Part shown: positions 41,253-53,390 of the stretch, piece by piece
Numbering within the stretch: position 1 is the first letter of the stretch
Layout: each line of letters begins with the position of its first letter
DNA from: Chrysomallon squamiferum
Lineage: Eukaryota > Animalia > Mollusca
Direction of reading: 5' to 3'
DNA length: 64,000 nt
Assembly: GCA_012295275.1 (NCBI GenBank)
Contig: CM022666.1
Location: 13,268,001-13,332,000 of the forward strand
Made by a program: the position numbers and the translations under genes
The notes under the pieces: model-generated
What the model saw: only the letters and a program-made list of their open reading frames with translations
The model's database searches: none
Told to the model about the DNA's origin: nothing

Positions 41253-42949
41253 GGAGGCAGTGAGTTTCCGTTCTTCACTGTGCGGTCTTCTACTACCGTG
41301 ATAGAAGTGTGGTTAAAAATACCAATAAATACACAATTTTATGATGTAAAACATGTTCAGTAGAAAAGGGAAAACGTTATATAAAGGTTTAAAGTTATAA
41401 TAATGTTATATCTTAAAGCCGAAAGAAAACAACATACTAGCAATATTTGATATAGTTATACAGTCGTTACAAATGAATGTTCGATATAAAAGATACGGAA
41501 TTTTGTTTGTAACGACGATATACGTTAGGGAGCTATGACGTAAAGATACTATGTCGTCACATGTTATATTCGACATAAACGTATACTTATAGACGTAAAG
41601 CGATATTACAGGTACATAATCGTTGACAGCTGGGTTTTTGGATAAATGCATAATTCAGTGAGACGTGAAAATGAAAACAGAAAGTGTGTTGTACACAGAT
41701 TGTCACAGTGGAAACACAGAAATGTCATTAAAACAACACAAGAAGGTGAAAACCTGGTTTTCCACTAAAAAGCACAAAAGTGTAGAACAATGAAGTCCAG
41801 TACCAGTTCAAAAAACGAGAAGGGGATTGTTTCCAGTGCCAGTAGAAGTGTAGAGTTTTGTTTCTGATACAAAAAAAACCTAGAAAACTGAATTTTCCCA
41901 AGTCAGCATTAAAAGTAGAATACGGTTTTTCGAGGCCAGTAGAAATAGTAGATCATGGATTTTTCACAAATTTTGTTTCAGGCGTGTAGGTTAGAACGTG
42001 ATCCTCCACGACGAGTAGAGAAGATAGAAAGTGTTTTCTAAAGCAAGTTTAAAGTGTTCAATGTGGTTTTTCTAATGTCAGCTCAAAGTGAGAGTACGGT
42101 TTTTCAGTGACTGTTTAAAAAAAAAGTAGAATTTCTAACGACATTGATGCCACAGTTCGAAAAACTGAGCACAGAAGAAGACAGCAGACCGGGAGGGAAC
42201 CTGGTCAGTGTGTGAGTGTTACAGAAGTCATTCCTGATCTGATGCAGAGAGAAGCGTTATTCGAGATATCGAAGTTAATCTGTGAATGGCGCCGAAATGC
42301 AAATACACCAAAGAAAATTTAAAATGAGTTCTATAAATATTAAACCATATTGGATTTTGATTCCTTGTGTGAGGACCGTAGAGGGATCAATGTGTACATA
42401 GTTTGTTTTTTTGTTTTTTTTTCTGGTTTTTTTTTTTCTTTTTTTTTAAATGAATATTTCTAACTGTCAGTTATTCCGGTCCGAATTCTGTTTCCAGACT
42501 GCATCTGACTCCAAGGCTGAGCGTATCACGATTTAGGTTATTTGTAAACATTTTATTTTGTAAAATTTAAAAACAAAAACAAACAAAAAAAAATAGTTGT
42601 CTTCTTTCAACTAGTGATGCAATTATTATTTCTACAAGTAAAAAGTATTTAACACCAAAAGTAAGAAACAAAAAAAAAAGAAAGAAACTAATGATATGAA
42701 AGTCCATTCGTGAGTAAAGAATTTAAGTGTATATTTATGGTGGTACAGCCTGAGTACATGTTTGTGTCATTCCAAACTATTGTTGAAAATGTTCTTTGCG
42801 ATCAAACGTAGCTAATAATAAAATACATCAAAACACAAAAAACTGGTAATGTTAGCAGTTTCCTTTTTCATTGTGATATTATTTCATATGAAGATATAAT
42901 GAAACTACAACTAGTTTTACTATTATTACTACTACTACTAATACTAGAA

Positions 42950-43010
<61 letters not shown>

Positions 43011-43683
43011 TAATAACAACAACAGTATGATGATAATCTGAAACCTAAAACTGAAAAGTTGTTTTATCTTCTATGGAAATGTACAATATATATTTAGGCT
43101 GTTTCTGCCATGAAGATATTTATTTTAATTTTTAATATACTGAAAAAGAAGCAATTTTATTATTCCCTTTTTTATTTTTATAACTAATAATTTATTTTTT
43201 TTTTTTTTTTTTTTTTTAGTCTTGTTAAATTGTCAAGTACTGTATTTAAGAATATTATTTTATACAATTTGTGTCTGTGCTTTATATGATTTTATTTTAA
43301 TATTTGATTTATACCTACTGTCATTCCATTGATTATTCTTTGATAAATATTTAATACACAGTCCATGATCTGAAACGAGAGAACAAAATACAGTTTCCAT
43401 ATCAGCCAGATGCATGACAACATGTACCATAATAATTAAAATTAAATAGTTAGGACTTTTTCACGAATTTGGTGTCAGTTTCCAAGTTTTGAAAAAAGAC
43501 TTGAGTCACGTTTTTCTCACGAAATCGAAGTTAGATTCAGATTTAGATCTGGTGAAAATTTCGAGTTCACTTTTTCTCATGTATTCAGGGACAAAAATTT
43601 ATTTCGAATTTGCTTTAAGCAAACCAACATAACATTCAAGAAATTAGCTGTAACGCAAAGAGAAACCATTTCTCAGAACTCGC

Positions 43684-43747
<64 letters not shown>

Positions 43748-44598
43748 TTGTTGTTCTTTTTTGTTTGTTTGTTTTTTTGTTATGTTTGCTAAAATAAAAA
43801 AGTTTACAAAGCAAAAAAGAAGTAAATTTAAATTATCAAAAATAAGATTAATAGTTTTTCTTTTCTTTTCTTTTTTATTATTATTTTTTTATTATGTATT
43901 TTTTTTACTCTTCAAAAAGTTTAAGAATGAGCCATTCAAGGGAAATAACTCCAATCAGTCTCGATCATTTAGTGTGCTGTTAATATTGATTACACTTGCA
44001 CGTTCTAATGTTTATTTCAGTCAGACTGGAATAATGTCTGTAGTTATTTAGTTGTTTCAGTGTCATTCTTTATTTCCTTTTTTTCTTTTTTTTTATTTTA
44101 TTTTTTAAATCTGTTTACTTAATTATTCTCGTATTTCTGACCTAAGACAAAATCATACATCACTATTATTTTATGTAAAGAAAAAAAAAAACATTTAATT
44201 CTGCAATAGTTATATTAATGTGAAAATTTGTTTGATTTGGGCTTTGACTGTAACTTCAGTTTCCAATACCAATGCAAATGAAACGGTTGTGCTTTTTTCA
44301 TTCATTTTCGGCTTAATGATAAACGCCCGCAGGAATAGTTTCATTTAACATTTACGATTTATGATTGTTTTTTCTCTATTCTTTTTATTATTCTTATTAT
44401 TACTATTTAATTTATCTTTTACTGTATATTTCTATTATTATTTCACGTTCTGTGATATTTAACATGCATAGAATATATATATTATGTATAGATTATTTAA
44501 TTGCGCCATCTGCTTTCTGCTGTAATGTGTTAATTCTTTCCGACTGTGAGAAGCACCGGAGCTTACGTGTAAATGTGAAATTTTATTTTATGTTACAG

Positions 44599-44658
<60 letters not shown>

Positions 44659-44816
44659 TTGTTGTTGTTGTTGTTGCTGCTGTTACTGTTATTGTTATTA
44701 TTACGATTTGTTTAGTTCATTATTTATATTATTATCTTTGTTATTAGTAACAGCAACAGCAGTAATATTATTTTTGGTATATGCTATATTTAATGTTGTT
44801 TGTAGAGATGATAATG

Positions 44817-44873
<57 letters not shown>

Positions 44874-46066
44874 AAAAGCAGCATATTTCAGAATCAGGTC
44901 CAAATACTTTGTTGTTTCGATAACCACGATGTTTCTTTCTTCGCTTTGTATATAAATAACAGAGGCCAGTGAATTTGTCACAGCAAAAACAAAAAAATGA
45001 CGATACTCTTTCACTACGAAAAAAAAAAAAAAAAAAAAAAGGATTGTGAATTACTTTGGGGTGGAAAGGTCGAGAGAACGAGAGAGAGTATGAATCAGTG
45101 AATTTCTATTTTTACTTTATTCTGTTGTCTTTTATCTGAAAGTACAGAGTGCGATGTGATAATGTCGTTCTCTGACCAGTTTTCGTCAGTTACATTATGT
45201 CGAATTATCGCATAAAGTTTGTACATTTAGGGTTACGTTATTTTATATTATATTTGACACTGTTCCATTCCATATCATGTATATTATATAAATATATACA
45301 CTATATATATATATATAAATATATTTATTTATTGTCATAATATAAGAAGTCATTTTTACATTTTTAAACCACGTTTTGTCAACTATGTTGTTGGTGTTAA
45401 TACGAATTTCTTGTTATTTAACAAACTGTAACCAATATGTAATAGTATGAGTGTATTTCGCAAATTGTCTTTTTTTTTCTTTTTTTTTTTTTTTTAAACT
45501 GAAAGTCATGACTGATTTCAGATACGTGTGATAAAAACATTATCTGTCCCAAAACAATTAACATCGCCACAATTTAAATTACCAGTTATATAATTAGATA
45601 CATTCTGATCTACTTCATTCTTTTCTTTCGTCTAAAATTATTGTTTTATGGATCTTATCTGTTATGATATATTTTTAAAATTAAGTTAAATTAGAAACCC
45701 CAAAAATAAATAAATAAAATAAAATAAAATAAAATAAAATAAAATAAAATAAAATAAGTTGGAACAGAAAAGGAAAAGTTAATTAGATATTAATACTTTG
45801 AAATAAACAGCTGTTTAAAATCATTTCGGTCTGCATTAGAGGTGCAGTTCATGATAATAAAATTGTTTTTAAATGAATCCAGCGGCTATCGTTTTTTTCG
45901 TCGCCCAGGGATTTTTTTTTGGCCACTATTCTTCATTCGAAACCCCACCCCACCCCACCCACTCAGAATTATTATATATCGTTTTCGGATGCAAAATATT
46001 TTGACGTCATCAACACAAAAATATATCGCCAACGCTGAATATGAGCGTTTTTAAAAAATCTCAAAC

Positions 46067-46119
<53 letters not shown>

Positions 46120-46261
46120 TTAATGAGGTCTGAGATACATTTAAAAATCTGGAGTTTAACAATGTTGTTATAGTAAATATATTCATGATTAATTACAACA
46201 ACAAAAAATAATAATAATGATACCAAAAAAAAAAAAAAAACCAAAAATATAAATAAAAATA

Positions 46262-46316
<55 letters not shown>

Positions 46317-46518
46317 TAGCTTTAAGACGTGTAAATTAAGGAATATTATTATCTTCGATTTTTATATCATTTTAAAAACAAATATAAATTTCTGTAAGAA
46401 ATGTCCCGTTGCCTAGACATTCAACAATAATTTCGCTACATCGATTTTTAACTTATTATTAAATTTTACTGCCCTTCTGAACTGACCTACTTTATTCTCA
46501 AAACGCACACCGATCTTG

Positions 46519-46536
46519 TACCCACAATGCACCGCG
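46519..46536 (+). promoter_or_regulatory. Staf/ZNF143-type (SPH) binding element TACCCACAATGCACCGCG
   Basis: Close match to the established Staf consensus (CCCRNMATSCMYYRCR core). Motif match only. Confidence 0.55.
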
Positions 46537-47331
46537 CTTTTGGGACTCAAGAAATACCGTTAATGGCTGTTACTTCAGTACACGCGAACTCGTAAAGTAC
46601 AGTATCCCACACAAATCTAAATTGTAATACAGAAGAACACTACAGGGGTTTTTTGTGTTTAAAATAGCTCACAGCATTTCTAAATTATTAAAGACTGTTT
46701 TGTTAATACGTAGAAATGCCAAAAGAAAAAGAAAAGAAAAATAAATGCAATAATAGATCAGATGTCTTATTTTACTTGCTATTACTATGTACATTGCTTT
46801 TTCGTATTTCATTAAAGCAGAATTCACTGCTTTGTTTATTTATTTTATTTTTTATTTATGTTAAATTATTATAACTACAGATAAGAGGCCAGAGGAACCG
46901 GCAATATATAAAGACAAATTTGTCGGACAGGAAATGGTTGCATTTTTCTTATTTTCTTGCAGTCTTCCAGTTGTTGGTTATTGCGCATGTGTGAACTGTA
47001 GTCATAGACTTCTTGCAGTTGATGTGGCGCATTGGTTTAAATGAATAAATTATTAATTATTGTTCATACGTGTTTCTTGTCATTGTTTTATTTTTTTTTG
47101 TTTTTTTTTTTCACAAACTTATTTACACCGTTAAATTACCGCTACTACTTCTAATATTTCGGTTGTCATTATTATTTATATCACCACCACCACCACTACT
47201 ACTACAATAATTACTAATACAGATATTACTACAGTTATTATAACCATTAATCCTGCAACAGCTGCTATAACTATTATTCCTTATACTAATACTAATATTA
47301 TTAGTACTACTATTAGTACTACTACTACAAC

Positions 47332-47392
<61 letters not shown>

Positions 47393-47419
47393 TACAAAAT
47401 TAACACCTCAATGACCGAC

Positions 47420-48253
47420 AGTAAGTTTTTTTATTTTGAGACACTGCGTCATCAAAGAACTGTATTCATTCATTTCATAGGAGTCCTATATCTGTGGAAG
47501 AATCCTTGATAGTGATCACAATGTTTAATCTTTCTATACTGAGTCGTCCTTGACGTATTTCCTCCAGTAAACAATTTAATAATTTCTGAGTCAAAAAGTT
47601 CGATGTCCAACATTCAGGATCTTCACCATCGACAGCCAGTTCGAAAACGTAAAGTCCTTAATGGAATCTCGATTCAGATTTCCCACACAGCTGATGTTAC
47701 GTTTAGTAAAACCTGATTGTTATTCGAATACTACGTCGCAGACAGCGATAAGTAGAGCAACATCACAACCGCATCCAAAAGAAAGACACTTCAAATTCAC
47801 GCATCTCCGTAAATAATTCTTCAAGGCTTTGGAAATTTTTGTCCAGCTACTGCTGATTAAGTAGAAGAATAACTGCAGTTATTTGAACATTTTCTTAACA
47901 ATTTCAAACTTCGAAATCTCGTGTTCTTAATTTTGTTAACTGGTTAAAGAAATTCGCCACATTTTCACTATCACAAGAACACCAGTTGGTGTATTAGTAA
48001 ACTGCGACAATTTTGCACAAATGTCTTTGTGAAATTGTATTTGTTCTTTCCAAATGAATGCCCTAGGAATGAAGTTGACGGTCATTTCTTACCATAAGAT
48101 AGGTTTGTATTTTAGTAACAGTTCTCTCCATGTTTTACAAACGGAAGTTACTCTCAGGAGGTCCTTCGTTTTAAGATAATCAAATAATATAACGATAACT
48201 GTTTCTGGTAACCTTTCCCAGCTAAAATTAATTGGAAACGAATCAATTTCCAT
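47420..48253 (-). pseudogene. Intronless F-box/LRR-type pseudogene (3' limit approximate)
   Basis: ATG at 48253 and an F-box motif SWERLPETVIVILFDYLKTKDLLRVTSVCKTWRELL...LW, then an in-frame TAA at 48091-48089. LRR-like fragments (LKNYLRRCVNLKCLSFGC, FLTQKLLNCLL...IERLNIVI) follow in different frames with further stops. Confidence 0.75.
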
Positions 48254-49273
48254 AGCTTCATACAAATCCAATGAAAATGCAGCGCCAAGCGTTTACTTAA
48301 AGGGACGTAACTTCAACTTTATGAAAAGAAATTAGGAAAACAAGAGTTTTCATCCTTACATAGCATTTACTTTTAGACTTAATAATACCATTCGATATAT
48401 TTTGATCGACTTAAAATATTTTTCGGCTAAACAGTGTTTTTGTGAAACGAATTAACGATAATTAAGTAGCACTTTTATTTAACAAAATATGATACATTTT
48501 ATACATTCGAATCCTGTTCAGAACGGACTTGTACATAATACTTAATGTGGTAAATTGAGATCGCGTTCGATTTTCAAATCTAGGTATACTGTTCAGTAAA
48601 TACTATACAGTTCGGTTAAATGAATTCTAATTTTATACAGATAGTATATTTTTGTTTCTTTGGATTGTTTTCTTTCGTGAATTTCTATATATTATTTTTG
48701 TATTTACATTTAAACTTGTATTTTCATTAGCAAGTGTTTATTGTTTTGCTTTTTATTTCTTTTTTTTCTCCTTTTATTTCTATTTATCTTTTTTATCTTT
48801 TTTTATTTATTATTATTATTATTATCATCATTATCATCATTATTTTATTATTAGTAGTAATTTTTAGTAATATTATTATTTTATTTTATTTTTTTCTTAT
48901 TTTTTATTTTTTAAAATTTTTTTTTTTTTTTTTTTTTCTTTGACTTTACGATACTAAACTAAGAATAAACAAACATTGTTGAATAAAGCATAGAGACGTT
49001 TATTAGATTATGCAGATTTATATTTGTATACAAAATCAAATTTACTAATTAGGGTCGAATAATCTTTATTTAAAACTGATCGTATTTATTACAAATTAAT
49101 AAAATTTATTAACATTTAAATTTTATTTTTTATAATTATGATTATTATTATTTATTAAAAGGAACATCTATCTATAGCTCCATCGAAAAAATATTATCAC
49201 TATAAAAAATAATAAATAAATAAATAGCAATTTTCTGAAACGCAACTTAATAAACTGAATCGAATGCATCCTA

Positions 49274-49312
49274 GCGGAAGTAGAAACAATCACGCGAAAA
49301 CTAAATATGGCG
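49274..49312 (+). promoter_or_regulatory. Housekeeping-type promoter elements of ZNHIT1: ETS site and YY1-like site over the start codon
   Basis: GCGGAAGT at 49274-49281 and AAATATGGCG at 49303-49312, in a small CpG-containing patch. Confidence 0.55.
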
Positions 49313-49337
49313 ACGTCCATGTCAAAACGTGAATCGG
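49307..49337 (+). CDS. ZNHIT1: ZNHIT1/Vps71 (SRCAP/SWR1 subunit) coding exon 1
   Basis: MATSMSKRES-G with G/GTTTGT donor; phase 1 matches exon 2. A second in-frame ATG lies at 49319. Confidence 0.8.
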
Positions 49338-49420
49338 GTTTGTAGCTTTTTTGTTCGTAAATACATCGAATTATAGCTAGGTCCTGAAATAAACAAACTA
49401 AAATTTTTCTCCACTCAAAA

Positions 49421-49451
<31 letters not shown>

Positions 49452-49757
49452 AGTAATAATTGTTTCTTTAATTAATAAAAAAACAAAAAACATCTAATAA
49501 ATAAAATATTAGGAAAGGAATGAATGCACTGAGTGTATTCGAGTCATTTATGATTCTTATTGACTCGTTAAATCCTTACAAAGTTACAGATTTATACAAA
49601 TTATGCAGGATGTCATAAATATATTTGATTTTGAGTGATCTGAGTCTATTTTTATTTATTTATTTATTTCTGTCAGTTTGAAGGTAAAGATGGCTTACTA
49701 AAAGTTTTAACGACAACAACAAACAAAATTCTGACTTGTGAAGTTTATATTAAATAG

Positions 49758-49928
49758 GTCGAATAAAAAATGTTGAACAGAAGAGAATTTTGGATGAAGC
49801 TACCCGGCGAAGACGACAGAGAAAAGCACTGGAAGCTCTGGAACAAGATAATTTTTCTGAAGATCCACATGGGGACTTGAAAATGAGTAAAAAGGCCCCG
49901 AAGTTTCAAGAAGAAATGGAAATAGGAG
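49758..49928 (+). CDS. ZNHIT1: ZNHIT1 exon 2
   Basis: ATAG acceptor and G/GTTGGT donor. Encodes RIKNVEQKRILDEATRRRRQRKALEALEQDNFSEDPHGDLKMSKKAPKF, with the conserved LEALExDNF motif. Confidence 0.95.
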
Positions 49929-50419
49929 GTTGGTGAAGCAAAAATCAGTGTCTGTAATTCCAGGAATTTAGTACATTTTGGTTTTTTTCATAGAAGTGCT
50001 AGAACCTATGGTGAGGTGCGTGTGTGTGTGTGTGTGTGTGTGTGTCTTTCTGTGTGTCTGTGTGTCAGTACATTTGCATGCATGTACCTGAATCCGTTTC
50101 AAGAAATGGTGGAATGCACATTCCATAAGCAAAGCAATAATGACATCTTTTTTAAAAATTTTAATTAGTTTGTAAGACCAAAGGATTAATAAAAGGATGT
50201 ATATTTTTACATATAGCGTCATTTATTTTATCACAGTAAATTATATTTAATGTTTAGTTTTTGTTCCTTTCAGTTATAAAGAGAAATATGATGTAGTCTG
50301 AAGTATTGCACCAGTTCAGTCAGATTACATCTGTCCAGTAAAGTGAATTAAATAAAGAACATAAAACTTAACTATTGTCATTTATCCATCATTTAACAGA
50401 TAAATTCTACTTGTTTCAG

Positions 50420-50505
50420 TTCCTGACAGAAAGAAGAAGAGAAAGTCAAAAGGAGATTTTAAAATCAGATTTAAGAAAAGTTTTTCTGCTTTGTTGGAAG
50501 AAGAG
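50420..50505 (+). CDS. ZNHIT1: ZNHIT1 exon 3
   Basis: TTTCAG acceptor and GAG/GTATTT donor. Encodes VPDRKKKRKSKGDFKIRFKKSFSALLEEE. Confidence 0.95.
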
Positions 50506-50660
50506 GTATTTCTGAAAATTGTAGACGTCATTTGTTATCATTATTATCAAGCAGAGGGAAATTGTTGTTGTTTCTTTGTAGATGTAGGTCATGCTTTTTT
50601 TCGGTAACAAGTTGAGATGTTAACACAAATACTTTCTCCCAAGAGGTATAACATCTAACA

Positions 50661-50969
50661 CAAGCTGGGAATCCCTTATCCCAAATTCTGAAATCTTAAA
50701 AGCTTCAAAATCTAAAATATCTACTAGTAACCATGATAGCAATAACTTGCATCTTTCTTGCAGGCTTAGTGTAGACAACCCCTATTTCACACATAAAGTT
50801 ATTGAAAATAATATATAAAATTACATGCATAAAATGGTATATGAAATATAAATGTGTTTTGTGTTTTGATCCTGTTCTCACACATTCCTATCATACAATG
50901 AAATTCAGAGAGTTAGATATCCAAAATATTTCCAGTATCAAACATTTAGGCTAAGATATCCTCAGCCTG
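50661..50969. mobile_element. Tc1/mariner (pogo/Tigger) MITE resembling Tigger4/MER46, in ZNHIT1 intron 3
   Basis: Degenerate TIRs CAAGCTGGGAATCCCTTATCC and GGCTAAGATATCCTCAGCCTG followed by TA. The family name rests on my recollection of the Tigger4 consensus. Confidence 0.65.
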
Positions 50970-51312
50970 TAATATCTAAAATTAAACTAAGGAGAGGTAA
51001 ATATAATAGAAACCTTGAAAGTGAAAATTGATATTTTATCATGTTATCTAAATCACGATTGCTATTCCTTATCTTAAATAAATATTACATAGATTAGATA
51101 GATAGATAGATAGACAGATAGATAGATAGATAGATAGGTAGGTAGGTATAAAGTCCACAGTCATACACAAAGGGGAGGTAAAGCTGATTTTGAAAAATGA
51201 AATCCAAGGTATATTATTATCCTTCATCATGATTTCTGTTCAAGATTAAAAATGAATAGCATTTAGATAAGTATAAAATAAATAATATTTTATAAAACCA
51301 TAAAAACGATCC

Positions 51313-51346
<34 letters not shown>

Positions 51347-51409
51347 GTATTTTATTAATTTAGTTTATTAACATATTTTGTTTTTCCTTTTTTAAAATTA
51401 TTTTTGCAG

Positions 51410-51498
51410 CAAATGATGAACAAAGACGGACCTAACTATTTCTCTGCCAGCGTCCCCCCTTCCACTTTCCCCTCCAGACATTTCTGTGCTGTTTGTGG
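51410..51498 (+). CDS. ZNHIT1: ZNHIT1 exon 4 (start of the HIT zinc finger)
   Basis: TTTGCAG acceptor. Encodes QMMNKDGPNYFSASVPPSTFPSRHFCAVCG and ends at the U12 donor ATATCCTTT. Confidence 0.95.
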
Positions 51499-51798
51499 AT
51501 ATCCTTTTTATAATTTGTTACTAATAACACTCCAAAATATATTTTTCTTAAATAATACAAATTTCAAAATATAGAGTGTTTTAATTGTCTCTTAACTATA
51601 TATGTAAGAACACTGTGTGCAGATTAAATAAATATCCACAACATTTTCTTTTTATATTTTTTAAAATTTTATATTATTTTATTATATTTTTTTTAATTAA
51701 TTTTGACAAGTCATATTTTGAGATAAGTTACAAGTAACAAAATAACGCAGATTGTTTCTGCATTGTGTAATTTTGTTGTTTTTTCTTAACTCTGTTAC
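51499..51798 (+). other. U12-type (minor spliceosome) AT-AC intron, 300 nt, phase 2
   Basis: 5' end ATATCCTTT, branch sequence TTTTCTTAAC at 51781-51790 and 3' end TTAC. Removing it restores CAVCG-YLSNYTCVQCG. Confidence 0.93.
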
Positions 51799-51879
51799 GT
51801 ATTTGTCTAACTACACGTGTGTGCAGTGTGGAGCTAGGTACTGTTCTGTTAGATGTCTTGGGACACATCAAGACACAAG
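51799..51879 (+). CDS. ZNHIT1: ZNHIT1 exon 5 (HIT zinc finger core)
   Basis: Encodes YLSNYTCVQCGARYCSVRCLGTHQDT-R, with AG/GTAAGT donor. Confidence 0.95.
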
Positions 51880-52580
51880 GTAAGTGGTGCCTTGTGAATT
51901 GGTTTATTTGTGTCTGATGGTTATCGGATAACACAGCCGATGCTGTTTAAAAATAGAAAAGAAAAAAAGAGAGAGGTGCTGTTGTTGGGTGTTAGTTTTT
52001 CTTTAATTGTTGTATGTTTATTTTGGGTGCTGTTGATTTTCAGGTTTTTTATCATTATTATTATTTAGGTGGTGGTTTTTTTTTTTAAATTTAAAATTTT
52101 ATTATTATTATTTTATAGGTGTTGGTGGGGTTTTTTTGTGCGATATTTGCATTTTTTAATTTATTTTATAGTTTTTATTTATTTATTTTTTATTTTATTT
52201 TTATTATTTAAGTAGTCAGACACAAAACTGAATCATCTTCATAATTGCTTTCATAGTTTTTATATCATGTGTCTAGATTTTGGTTTAATTTCAAGTCATG
52301 ATTTAGATTTTGAGATAAATGTTTGGTAACAGTAATGTTTGATATAAACAATATATAAAGCTAAATAACATTACTCTTCTTTGCAGACTTGTTACTTTCA
52401 TATTTTATTAAAGGTTTGTCTAAAAAAATAAATAATAGAAATGCAGCTTTCAACAAAATATATTTATACGCTTGTGTTCCTTATCTCAAACACCCTTTAC
52501 ATAGAAAACAGGTCATTTCCATGCCAATAAATATTCTTATCATTAGCAAATACTGATAGATACTTAATTTGTTGTTCTAG

Positions 52581-52602
52581 GTGCTTGAAATTCATAGCCT
52601 GA
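52581..52602 (+). CDS. ZNHIT1: ZNHIT1 last coding exon
   Basis: TTCTAG acceptor and phase-2 join giving R-CLKFIA-stop. Total CDS is 480 nt (159 aa). AATAAA at 52870, 52928 and 52963. Confidence 0.88.
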
Positions 52603-53350
52603 TCTGGAAGGTGACAAGTGTTGCATTCAGCTTGGCTGGAAAGAAGAATCCAGAAATGAACTTTCAGATGCTTATAATGTTGACGAAACAGCTACAAAAT
52701 GAGTTAACAGGACATGTTTAACTTGAGTGTTAGGATCAACAAAATCAACATATCCTTGAAATGTCTGGATCTGGAGAAAAGTGTCAGGTGGACAGTGAGA
52801 ACAAGGACATTATGAAAATCTTGAAACCATTTGAAAACAGACAGTCTATACAACTGATAGCCTCGTATAAATAAATATGTCCTGGCAGTAGATTTTAAAA
52901 AAACCCGGTGATCTCTAATGTCTTGAAAATAAAAAAAAAAAAAAATGATAATAGATGATCACAATAAAATAAGAACTGCAGCAAATCCACAGGCATTGTT
53001 TTGTTATAAAGAATTAATAAAAGTGAAACTTTTGGAATCATTTTAGGAAACTGGTTTTTTAATTTCAGTTAAATTTTCTTATCAGTGACTAGACAGAATT
53101 TCAAGACTGATGAACAAAGATTGTGGTTTCACAATGCAAATTTAAATCCATTAAGAATCACATCTTAAAACAGCATGTTAGATGAACAGTAAAAACAAAC
53201 CAACTGTGTACAATTTTGATATTTTTATTTCATTTTTATTTATTTGTGTCCACTTGTGGACTACAACTGATTAGATGGCAATTTTTTTTTTTAAATGTTT
53301 TTTTTTTGTGTGTTTTTTCTTCTTTTTTGGATTATGAATTTTTATGATTT

Positions 53351-53390
<40 letters not shown>

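Noticed and set aside
46900-46952. U7-like snRNA (AATTTGTC followed by a small hairpin)
   Set aside because: The Sm-like site is imperfect, the hairpin is weak and the 5' pyrimidine-rich histone-pairing segment is absent.
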